Origin: Niabella sp.
GTDB taxonomy: Bacteria; Bacteroidota; Bacteroidia; Chitinophagales; Chitinophagaceae
Assembly: GCA_049841335.1 (NCBI GenBank)
Contig: JASGDI010000051.1
Span: 11,201 to 75,200 of the forward strand
Direction of reading: 5' to 3'
DNA length: 64,000 nt
The notes under the pieces are model-generated. The model was not told where the DNA came from and did no database searches. It saw only the letters and a program-made list of their open reading frames with translations. Shown in pieces: positions 38,223-46,292 of this stretch. The number at the start of each line of letters is the position of its first letter. Position 1 is the first letter of the stretch. The translations under genes were made by a program, and so were the position numbers.

Positions 38223-38954
38223 TTAAAACTTCGTAGCCAGAACATTGGGCAGCATATCCCTCCATGTAGGCCAGTCGTGCCTATAGTTTTCACCCCAGTT
38301 TTGAAAATCGTAGTTAATGGCCTTATTGAAAAGAGTTTGCGCAAACTCCCCCCCTGCCCGAGGATCTTCATAAGCCCCACTCCCGGTTAAAATATGAATG
38401 TGGTGGCTACGCCTTATAGTTTCCAGGATATTGTGATCAGTGAGATTAGGCAGGTAATGCACCGGGCTGTTGAAGTAAACATTATCATCCATATAACCAT
38501 TGCTGTAATAAGTAAGGTCATACACGCCGCTCATTGCAATAACGCCATTGAGCAGGTCGGGACGCTTCAAAAACAGGTTCATGCTATGCAATGCGCCAAA
38601 TGAAGCGCCGCTGATAAAGATCGGTGTTTCCCCGCTGGTAACATTCTTAATATGAGGGATCACTTCATTATAAATATAATGATTCCACTGCACATGCCGG
38701 TTGGACTGATCCCATGGAGCCATGTTCTTATTCATCCAGCTTTCATTGTTAACGCTGTCTACCGAAAACACCCTGAGCTTTCCCCCGTCAATAAAAGGAG
38801 CCAGGGAATCAATCATCTGAAACCGCTCATATTCCAGGTAATCTGCACCGGCGGTTGGCACCAGCAATAATGCAAAGCCATAATGACCGTAAGATACAAT
38901 AGGCATATCTTTATAAAGCGATGGGCTGTACCAGCCTGAAATTTCTCTGTTCAT
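38223..38954 (-). CDS. Esterase-family alpha/beta hydrolase
   Basis: A 243-aa protein with the nucleophile elbow ISGASFGALHS. The layout resembles esterase D/putative esterase proteins. Confidence 0.7.
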   Translation of the reverse strand: MNREISGWYSPSLYKDMPIVSYGHYGFALLLVPTAGADYLEYERFQMIDSLAPFIDGGKLRVFSVDSVNNESWMNKNMAPWDQSNRHVQWNHYIYNEVIPHIKNVTSGETPIFISGASFGALHSMNLFLKRPDLLNGVIAMSGVYDLTYYSNGYMDDNVYFNSPVHYLPNLTDHNILETIRRSHHIHILTGSGAYEDPRAGGEFAQTLFNKAINYDFQNWGENYRHDWPTWRDMLPNVLATKF

Positions 38955-39159
38955 GCGTAAAGTTTCTGTAATATAAAAATTTATACGGGACTGATGAAAT
39001 ACAGGCGCATAAATATTTTTCGGGGCGTAGCAGCGGCAGCACTGTCATTATTGGTGTTTCTCAGCAAGAATGCTGTGAAAAAGTTTTACGCACTATGAAT
39101 TACTTTGACTTATAACTACACCCTGCTGAAGTTTTTCTGATCACAATGATTTGATACTA

Positions 39160-39167
39160 TATCTTTG
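39160..39167 (+). promoter_or_regulatory. -7 box TAtcTTTG for the metE leader
   Basis: tatctttg lies about 20 nt upstream of the riboswitch. Confidence 0.5.
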
Positions 39168-39187
39168 CGTTGCTTTTTACATATATC

Positions 39188-39362
39188 AATCAGGTGTTAG
39201 GTTTCCGGGTAATACCGGAATTAATAAGGAACCGTGTGCAAATCACGGGCTGACGTGCAACTGTAAGTAACCTAAAAAGTTTTTGTTATATACATCCATT
39301 GTTCCGCCTGCAGCGGAATGAGAAGGAAACAAAAATGTTACAAGCCAGGAGACTTGCCTACT
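39188..39362 (+). promoter_or_regulatory. Cobalamin (B12) riboswitch upstream of metE
   Basis: The sequence reads AATAAGGAACCGTGTGCAAATCACGGGCTGACGTGCAACTGTAAG ... CCATTGTTCCGC..GCGGAATGAGAAGGAAAC ... B12 box AGCCAGGAGACTTGCC (39343-39358). Confidence 0.85.
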
Positions 39363-39541
39363 ACCTTAATGACGCAGCTTTCACGATATAGGGCCGCTCA
39401 GGAATTGAATACTTCTCCATGCAGACAATGCTTCTGTTTATAAGCTTGTACGCATTATTCTTACCCTGGCCTGCTCTTTTATATGTTAACGCTGTGGTTG
39501 TAAAAGCATTTATTTATTGTTTCACGATTTAAACAACAAAA

Positions 39542-41857
39542 ATGCAAACACACAACCTCGGTTATCCGCGTATAGGAAACCACAGGGAGCTTAAAAAGGC
39601 CAATGAAAAATATTGGGCCGGAAAAATTTCCGCAGCGGAACTGGAAAGAACAGCCCGGGATATACGCTGTAACAACTGGCAACTACAAAAAAATGCCGGT
39701 ATTGACTGGATCCCCTGTAACGACTTTTCTTTTTATGATCATGTATTGGATACCTGTTTGATGACAGGCGCTATACCTGCACGTTTTCATCAATTAATAG
39801 AAAAGGAAAAGCTGAACAGCCTGGATCTGCTATTTGCCATGGCAAGGGGCTATCAGCAGGCAGGCTATGATATAACAGCTATGGAAATGACTAAATGGTT
39901 TGACACCAATTATCACTACATAGTACCCGAATTTAAGGCCGGGCAAAAATTTTCTTTTTTCCATAATAAAGTGGTAAATGAATTTTTAGAAGCCAAAAGA
40001 GAAGGCTTCAACACAAAGCCTGTACTGCTGGGTCCTGTTTCCTTCTTATTATCAGGAAAAGAAAAAGAAGAGGGTTTTAACAGGCTTGAGCTGATTGATA
40101 ATTTATTACCTGTATATTTTGAAGTGCTTAAAGCATTGCAGGAACATGGCGCATACTATATTCAATTAGATGAGCCCTGCCTGTCTCTGAACTTAACCGA
40201 AACAGAACTACAGGTTTTTGAAAAAGTATATCATGCTTTTAAAACCCGCTTCCCTCAACTGCGTATTATTTTGGCCAGCTATTTTGAATGTTATGGGAAT
40301 AATCTTTCAAAAATAGTAACGTTACCTATAGACACCTTACACCTTGACCTGGTGCGTTGCCCGCTACAGCTTGAAGAGATACTGACAAAAGAAGTGGTTA
40401 ATAGCAGACTTCGTTTTTCTTTAGGTGTGGTAGATGGCAGAAACATCTGGAAGAATGATTACATAAGCTCGCTGGAACTGATCTGGAGAGTGAGTAATAA
40501 AATAGGCAATGACAGGGTGTGGGTGGCCCCTTCCTGCTCACTGCTGCATGTACCCTGCGATCTTGATCTTGAAACAAGCCTTTCGGGGGAGATCAGGCAG
40601 TGGTTAGCCTTCGCCAAACAAAAGCTAAATGAAATAGTTACGTTAAGAAATATGGCTATTGACGAAAGCACTCCTGAGAATCAAATATTGCTTAATGAAA
40701 ATATAGCAGCCAATAACAGTCGAAAAATTTCATCCATCATTCATAATGATGAGGTAAAACAAAGAGTTGCAGGTATTACTGAAAATGATGCCAACAGAAC
40801 AAGCGATTTTGAAATCAGGAAACAAAAACAAAAGCAGGCATTGGGCCTCCCGCTGTTTCCCACAACAACGATAGGATCCTTTCCTCAAACTAAAGAAGTA
40901 CGGAGCTGGCGCGCCAGGTGGAAGGCTAAAGAAATAGACGACGCCACTTACGAGTCTTTATTGCGTAAAGAAACAGAAAAGGCCATTCGTATACAGGAAG
41001 AGCTGGGGCTGGATGTGTTGGTGCATGGAGAGTTTGAGCGCAATGATATGGTAGAATATTTTGGTGAGCAATTATCAGGCTTTGCTTTTACAGAAAATGG
41101 TTGGGTGCAGAGCTATGGCAGCCGTTGTGTAAAACCACCCATTATTTACGGAGATGTGCACCGGCCACAACCTATGACCGTACAATGGAGCCGGTATGCC
41201 CAATCTTTAACGCCAAAATACATGAAAGGTATGCTCACCGGGCCTGTAACTATTTTACAATGGAGCTTTGTACGTAATGACCAGCCCAGAAAAGACACCT
41301 GTACACAAATTGCCCTGGCAATAAGAGATGAAGTGACAGACCTGGAAAAGGCTGGTATTAAAATCATACAGATAGACGAGCCTGCATTAAGGGAAGGATT
41401 ACCTCTCAGGAAAGAAAAATGGCAGGAGTATCTTGACTGGGCAATTAAAGCTTTTAAAATTTCAGCTTCGGGAGTTATGGATGAGACCCAGATACACACA
41501 CATATGTGCTATTCAGAGTTCAATGATATTATCAAAAGTATTGCCGACATGGATGCTGATGTAATAACTATTGAAACCTCTCGCTCACAGATGGAATTGC
41601 TGGACGCTTTTGTCAACTTTAATTACCCTAACGATATAGGCCCCGGTGTATATGATATCCATTCACCACGCATCCCAACCCGGAATGAGATGGTGGCACT
41701 CATAGAAAAAGCAGCAGCTGTAATAGCTCCTGAGCAGCTTTGGATCAATCCGGACTGCGGGCTTAAAACCCGTGGCTGGCCGGAAACAAAAGCAGCATTA
41801 CAGGAAATGATGGAAGCGGCAAATGCCGTTCGAGAACCAGTTAAAGAAAAGGAGTAA
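39542..41857 (+). CDS. metE: Cobalamin-independent methionine synthase
   Basis: A 771-aa two-domain protein. The N-terminus is MQTHNLGYPRIGNHRELKKANEKYW. The C-terminal Zn-site region has HTHMCYSEF and PDCGLKTR. Confidence 0.95.
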   Translation: MQTHNLGYPRIGNHRELKKANEKYWAGKISAAELERTARDIRCNNWQLQKNAGIDWIPCNDFSFYDHVLDTCLMTGAIPARFHQLIEKEKLNSLDLLFAMARGYQQAGYDITAMEMTKWFDTNYHYIVPEFKAGQKFSFFHNKVVNEFLEAKREGFNTKPVLLGPVSFLLSGKEKEEGFNRLELIDNLLPVYFEVLKALQEHGAYYIQLDEPCLSLNLTETELQVFEKVYHAFKTRFPQLRIILASYFECYGNNLSKIVTLPIDTLHLDLVRCPLQLEEILTKEVVNSRLRFSLGVVDGRNIWKNDYISSLELIWRVSNKIGNDRVWVAPSCSLLHVPCDLDLETSLSGEIRQWLAFAKQKLNEIVTLRNMAIDESTPENQILLNENIAANNSRKISSIIHNDEVKQRVAGITENDANRTSDFEIRKQKQKQALGLPLFPTTTIGSFPQTKEVRSWRARWKAKEIDDATYESLLRKETEKAIRIQEELGLDVLVHGEFERNDMVEYFGEQLSGFAFTENGWVQSYGSRCVKPPIIYGDVHRPQPMTVQWSRYAQSLTPKYMKGMLTGPVTILQWSFVRNDQPRKDTCTQIALAIRDEVTDLEKAGIKIIQIDEPALREGLPLRKEKWQEYLDWAIKAFKISASGVMDETQIHTHMCYSEFNDIIKSIADMDADVITIETSRSQMELLDAFVNFNYPNDIGPGVYDIHSPRIPTRNEMVALIEKAAAVIAPEQLWINPDCGLKTRGWPETKAALQEMMEAANAVREPVKEKE

Positions 41858-41875
41858 AGCCTGGTCTTGCATACC

Positions 41876-41911
41876 AAAAGCCTGTTGTAATTATTATTAC
41901 GGCAGGCTTTT
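41876..41911 (+). terminator. Rho-independent terminator after metE
   Basis: A 12-bp stem, gcctgttgtaat(41880-91)/attacggcaggc(41896-907), is flanked by aaaa and tttt. Confidence 0.7.
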
Positions 41912-41963
41912 ATTGCAGTTGCTCAATATGTAGTTATTTTTGTCAGCTCAACATAAAAATAAT

Positions 41964-42743
41964 ATGGCACTGATCCAAACAGCAGAAAGGGTTTCTCATA
42001 TAGACGCATCCGACAACTATGTATTTCAGCGCTCCTTATTTGCTTATGCCGAAGCAGCTAAGCTGGTGCATGGTAAAGTGCTGGAAATAGGTACCGGCAG
42101 CGGCTATGGTATTGAAATGATCGCCTCCAAAGCGGAGCAATTCGTCACCGTAGATAAATTCGAGAACGATAATATCGCCGGGCTTGTAAAAGCCAATCCC
42201 CATATTGAGTTTTTGAAAATGAGCATTCCCCCGCTTACAGGTATTGCCGATAACAGCTTCGATTTTGTCATTACCTTCCAGGTAATTGAGCACATTAAAA
42301 ACGATAAACTGTTTGTACAGGAGATCCATCGCGTATTAAAGAAAGGGGGAAAGCTGATTGTTACAACACCTAACAAAAAAATGTCGCTCACCCGCAACCC
42401 CTGGCATATTCGCGAGTACCTGGTACCGGAGCTTAAAGCGCTTTTGCTCCAAAACTTTGCTGAAGTGAGAACTTTGGGCGTTTATGGTGATGATACTGTA
42501 ATGGAGTACTATTGGGCCAATAAAAAAGCAGTAGAAAGAATAACCCGGTTTGATATCCTGAACCTGCAATACAACCTGCCACGCTGGTGCCTGCAAATAC
42601 CTTATGATATTATGAACCGCTGGAACCGCAAAAAAATGCTGAACAGCGATAACGAAATGGTGTCAAAAATCAAGATGACGGATTACTTCCTGGCAGAGGC
42701 GGGGAATGACTGCCTGGATCTGTTTTATGTGGCAGAGAAGTAA
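41964..42743 (+). CDS. Class I SAM-dependent methyltransferase
   Basis: I prefer the ATG at 41964 (MALIQTAERV). The SAM motif I is VLEIGTGSGYG and the post-I/II region is FDFVITFQVIEH. Confidence 0.8.
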   Translation: MALIQTAERVSHIDASDNYVFQRSLFAYAEAAKLVHGKVLEIGTGSGYGIEMIASKAEQFVTVDKFENDNIAGLVKANPHIEFLKMSIPPLTGIADNSFDFVITFQVIEHIKNDKLFVQEIHRVLKKGGKLIVTTPNKKMSLTRNPWHIREYLVPELKALLLQNFAEVRTLGVYGDDTVMEYYWANKKAVERITRFDILNLQYNLPRWCLQIPYDIMNRWNRKKMLNSDNEMVSKIKMTDYFLAEAGNDCLDLFYVAEK

Positions 42744-42750
42744 AGATTTA

Positions 42751-42864
42751 GTGAATTTGGCCAACGTATCTTCAGCACATACCGAAAAGGTATTAGATCT
42801 TTCGCAGCATTATGATAAAGTGAAAGAGCAATATGGAGAAGTATTACAAAAGCTGGCACAATGA
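42751..42864 (+). CDS. Possible remnant antitoxin ORF (37 aa, GTG start)
   Basis: The translation is VNLANVSSAHTEKVLDLSQHYDKVKEQYGEVLQKLAQ. Its stop overlaps the ATG of the Doc-like remnant (ATGA). I recognise no domain. Confidence 0.2.
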   Translation: MNLANVSSAHTEKVLDLSQHYDKVKEQYGEVLQKLAQ

Positions 42865-43196
42865 TTTTGCCAGAAGACATTCTTTATTTACATGAACGCT
42901 CGATTAAAGATTGTTGTTAAACTCAGCTATTGCAAGACCGTTCCAAACCTTTGACGGGGAGGAGCTATATCCTTCACCGGTTGAAAAAGCTGCGGCATTA
43001 ATTGTAAATCATCCTTTTATTGACGTTAATAAAAAGACAAGTTTTTTTAGGTATGATAACCATCTTACTTGAATATGAAACGTAGCTAAAAGTCAGTAAG
43101 GATGAGGCGTACAATTTTACTATCAAAATTTCTACAGGTAAGGCTAATTTTAATGAAATTGTTGACTGGCTGAAAAAGAACACATCAACTTCCTAA
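42861..43196 (+). pseudogene. Decayed death-on-curing (Doc/Fic-fold) toxin gene
   Basis: Three frames together reconstruct a Doc-like protein. The first is [19 protein letters not shown] (42861-42920). The second is [44 protein letters not shown], carrying a degenerate Fic motif HPFxD(V)NK(K). After a shift in a T7 run, the third reads [49 protein letters not shown]. There are at least two frameshifts, an internal TAG (43083-85), and a missing GG..G.RD block. Confidence 0.6.
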
Positions 43197-44450
43197 TATT
43201 TCTTTGATCGCCTTTGCCTTTAACATACACTCTTCCCATTCTTTTTCAGCATCACTGTAAACCGTAATGCCACCACCAGCCTGAAAAGACAGGTACTTTG
43301 TAGACTGGTTGTACATGAGGCTCCTGATCACCACGTTAAAGTCAAAATTGGCATCAGGGGCCATATACCCTAAAGCTCCTGAAAAAATACCCCGCCTGCT
43401 TTTTTCGTAACGGTCAACCAGGTTCATAACGCTTAGCTTTGGTGCACCTGTCATAGAGCCCATAGGAAACGTAGCATCAATGATGGCCGCAAAACCGGTA
43501 TTATCCTTCAATATTCCGCTAACGGTGGATATCATTTGGTGCACCTGCGGAAAACTGTAAATACCAAACAGTTCGTCTACTTTTACACTGCCTTCTTTAC
43601 ATATCCTGGAAAGGTCGTTCCGCACCAGGTCAACGATCATTACATTTTCAGCTTTATCTTTTTCGCTTTGTAAAAGGCTGGACCGCTCCTCCATTAAATT
43701 GCCGTCAGCAAACAAATTGCGCTTCAACGTGCCTTTAATAGGCTGGCTAATAATAGCAGGCCCCTGCTTTTTAATAAAGCGCTCGGGGCTGGCACATAGC
43801 AGCCATTTGTCTTCTACCCTGTATAAACCAGAGAACGGGTTGGGCGATATATGATTCAGCTTTTCAAACAACAGGAAAGGATCGGCCTCAATATTCTTTG
43901 CAAAAAACTCCTGGCAGAAGTTTATTTCGTAACAATCGCCCCGTTGTATATGGCTTTTAAGCTGGTTAATAATAGTTATATACTCATCGCGACCGATCCT
44001 GTTCTCAACCGTAACAGCACCGGGCTCCGTTTTATTTTGCCCGGATATCTGTTGGTGAACAGCTTGAAAAACTGCTTCAGGATCGCCTGCTATAATTTCC
44101 ACGATACCCGCTTTAACACTTAATACTATTTCAGGTTCAAAGAAAAACAGGTCAGGGAAAAGCAGCAGGTCTTCCTTTGCTGTATGGCTTACCTTCTCTG
44201 AAGTAGTTAGCTCGTACCCCAAATGCCCGAACAGCCAGGATCTTTGCTCATCAATGAACCTTTGAAGACCCTCCAAAGCATCCCCCGCAGAAGAAGCGTA
44301 GCGGCGCACAACACCTGCTCCAATCAACATTTCATTATCATTGTTGTATTGGTTGCTGTCCAGAAAGCAAAAAGTGCTGAACTGCTTTAGCCAATTCAAC
44401 ACTTTCTGTTTAAAAACATTTATATCACTTATTGCAAATTTGCTCTGCAA
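43185..44450 (-). CDS. pabB: Aminodeoxychorismate synthase component I (anthranilate synthase component I family)
   Basis: A 421-aa chorismate-binding domain with PFSGLYR, SPERF, FPMGSMTGAPK and GGGITVYSD. Confidence 0.75.
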   Translation of the reverse strand: MQSKFAISDINVFKQKVLNWLKQFSTFCFLDSNQYNNDNEMLIGAGVVRRYASSAGDALEGLQRFIDEQRSWLFGHLGYELTTSEKVSHTAKEDLLLFPDLFFFEPEIVLSVKAGIVEIIAGDPEAVFQAVHQQISGQNKTEPGAVTVENRIGRDEYITIINQLKSHIQRGDCYEINFCQEFFAKNIEADPFLLFEKLNHISPNPFSGLYRVEDKWLLCASPERFIKKQGPAIISQPIKGTLKRNLFADGNLMEERSSLLQSEKDKAENVMIVDLVRNDLSRICKEGSVKVDELFGIYSFPQVHQMISTVSGILKDNTGFAAIIDATFPMGSMTGAPKLSVMNLVDRYEKSRRGIFSGALGYMAPDANFDFNVVIRSLMYNQSTKYLSFQAGGGITVYSDAEKEWEECMLKAKAIKEILGS

Positions 44451-44471
44451 AAGGGGCTAAAAATAATAGGA

Positions 44472-44807
44472 TTAAAAATCATCATCATCGTCGTCATCAA
44501 AATCATCTTTACCTCCCCCAAACAAGTCTTTAAACTCATCGTCCACTTTAAAATCATCATCGTCATCATCATAAGACTTTTTACGGCCGCCGGATTTGCT
44601 TTTCGATTTGGGCAGGTCAAACTCTTCAAAGTCTTTATCCCAGTCGTCCTCTTCTTCAGCTTTTTCCCAATCATCTTCTACCTCTTCGATGTCGTCATCT
44701 TCATCGTCAGAGGGATCTTCCTTTTTTGATTTAGACACTTTTTTTACCGGCTTTTCATCATCGAAAGCCTCTTTTTCACGCGATTTTGATTTATTTGATT
44801 TTGCCAT
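44472..44807 (-). CDS. Hyper-acidic, lysine-interspersed small protein (111 aa), function unknown
   Basis: The N-terminus is MAKSNKSKSREKE. It is followed by D/E tracts (DDEDDDIEEVEDDWEKAEEEDDWDKDFEEFD) and ends in DDFDDDDDDDF. It is the same strand as its neighbours pabB and purA. ORFs in the other frames look like low-complexity shadows. Confidence 0.5.
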   Translation of the reverse strand: MAKSNKSKSREKEAFDDEKPVKKVSKSKKEDPSDDEDDDIEEVEDDWEKAEEEDDWDKDFEEFDLPKSKSKSGGRKKSYDDDDDDFKVDDEFKDLFGGGKDDFDDDDDDDF

Positions 44808-44888
44808 ATCTAATAAATTATACTGTAAATTTTAGCCGAACTTTTTAAATCGCCAAATTTTTAAAAATAATTTTTTTTCATGAAAAAA

Positions 44889-46151
44889 TTACGCCACAAT
44901 TAACTGATCCCTTTCAGGTCCGTTAGAGATAAAATCAACATTTACACCCAGGTAGCTATTAATGAATTCAATATACGATTTTGCTTTACCGGGCAGTTTG
45001 TCAAAAGATTTTACCTGAGTAATATCTGTATTCCACCCTTCAAATTTCCGGTAAACAGGAACGTAGTGATCCAGGTCCAAACGCAACGGAATTTCTGTAA
45101 GCTCCTGTCCTTCCTTACTGTATGCAACACAAACATTCAGCTCTTCAAAGCTGTCCAGCACATCTGCTTTGGTCATCACTATCCTGGTTACACCGTTTAT
45201 GAGGCAGGCAAAATTTAAAGCCACCAGGTCAATCCATCCACAACGACGCGGGCGGCCTGTGGTAGCACCGTACTCATTTCCTACATCGCGAAGCCTTTGC
45301 CCGTCGGCATTTTCAAGTTCAGTAGGGAAAGGTCCGCTACCTACACGCGTACAGTAAGCCTTGGTAATGCCAATCACATCTTTTATATGCTGAGGAGCAA
45401 TACCCAGCCCGCTGCAAACGCCGGCAGATATAGTGTTGGACGATGTTACAAACGGGAAAGTACCAAAGTCAATATCCAACATGCTTCCCTGGGCGCCTTC
45501 GGCCAGTACCTTTTTACCTTCTTTGATCAGCTTATTAATGAAATATTCACCATTGACGATATTCAATTCTTTTAAAAAATCTACTGCTTCAAAAAATTCT
45601 TTTTCATCAGCAGTTATATCATCGGTAAAATGATAAGTGCTGAGTATCACCTGGTGTTTCTGCTTTAGCTGTTCGTAAAGTTCTTTAAAATTATCCATCA
45701 GCAAATCGCCCACCCGAAGTGCATTTCTACCGGTTTTATCCATGTAAGCAGGGCCAATTCCTTTTAACGTGGACCCGATCTTACCTTTGCCCTTTGCCTG
45801 CTCCGAGGCTTTATCTAAAGCGCGGTGAGTGGGTACAATTATGTTAGTACGCTCTGAAATGAACAGGTTCTTTTTAAGGTCAATACCAAATTCGGCAACT
45901 TTCTCACATTCTTTTCTTAAGGTAATAGGGTCAAGCACTACACCATTACCGATAATATTAATTTTTCCTTCGTGAAAAATACCAGATGGTATTTGGTGCA
46001 ATACCAGTTTTTTGCCGTCTTTATAAAGTGTATGACCGGCATTGGGGCCACCCTGGAAGCGGGCTATAACATCATAATCTTTGGCAAAGTAGTCCACAAT
46101 TTTACCTTTGCCTTCATCACCCCACTGAAGCCCTAAAATAACATCTACCAT
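44889..46151 (-). CDS. purA: Adenylosuccinate synthase
   Basis: The protein begins VILGLQWGDEGKGKIVD (P-loop) and contains GPNAGHT, TTGRPRRCGW and more. Confidence 0.95.
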   Translation of the reverse strand: MVDVILGLQWGDEGKGKIVDYFAKDYDVIARFQGGPNAGHTLYKDGKKLVLHQIPSGIFHEGKINIIGNGVVLDPITLRKECEKVAEFGIDLKKNLFISERTNIIVPTHRALDKASEQAKGKGKIGSTLKGIGPAYMDKTGRNALRVGDLLMDNFKELYEQLKQKHQVILSTYHFTDDITADEKEFFEAVDFLKELNIVNGEYFINKLIKEGKKVLAEGAQGSMLDIDFGTFPFVTSSNTISAGVCSGLGIAPQHIKDVIGITKAYCTRVGSGPFPTELENADGQRLRDVGNEYGATTGRPRRCGWIDLVALNFACLINGVTRIVMTKADVLDSFEELNVCVAYSKEGQELTEIPLRLDLDHYVPVYRKFEGWNTDITQVKSFDKLPGKAKSYIEFINSYLGVNVDFISNGPERDQLIVA

Positions 46152-46182
46152 CTATTAAGTTTTTGGTTAAAAAAATGAAGTG

Positions 46183-46190
46183 CAAAAATA
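46183..46190 (-). promoter_or_regulatory. -7 box TAttTTTG for purA
   Basis: Plus-strand caaaaata is TATTTTTG on the minus strand, about 32 nt upstream of the ATG at 46151. Confidence 0.45.
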
Positions 46191-46201
46191 GGGGCTTTTT
46201 C

Positions 46202-46256
46202 ATGTACGTTGTACGATGTAAGTTATACTGGGTACAACAGTGTATAACTTTTTTTG
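46202..46256. repeat. GTAC-word stutter plus 9-bp hairpin with T-run
   Basis: The stutter atgtacgttgtacgatgtaag is followed by the stem aagttatac(46220-28)/gtataactt(46242-50) and then tttttt. Confidence 0.5.
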
Positions 46257-46292
46257 AAAATGTATATCCTCCATTTATATAGGGTGCTTCCC

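Noticed and set aside
44429-44835. Alternative-frame ORFs (81 aa on the minus strand, 79 aa on the plus strand) across the acidic-protein gene
   Set aside because: They are products of the GAT/GAA-rich low-complexity DNA read in other frames (poly-M/T or poly-S). The D/E frame has the sensible start and lies on the same strand as its neighbours.
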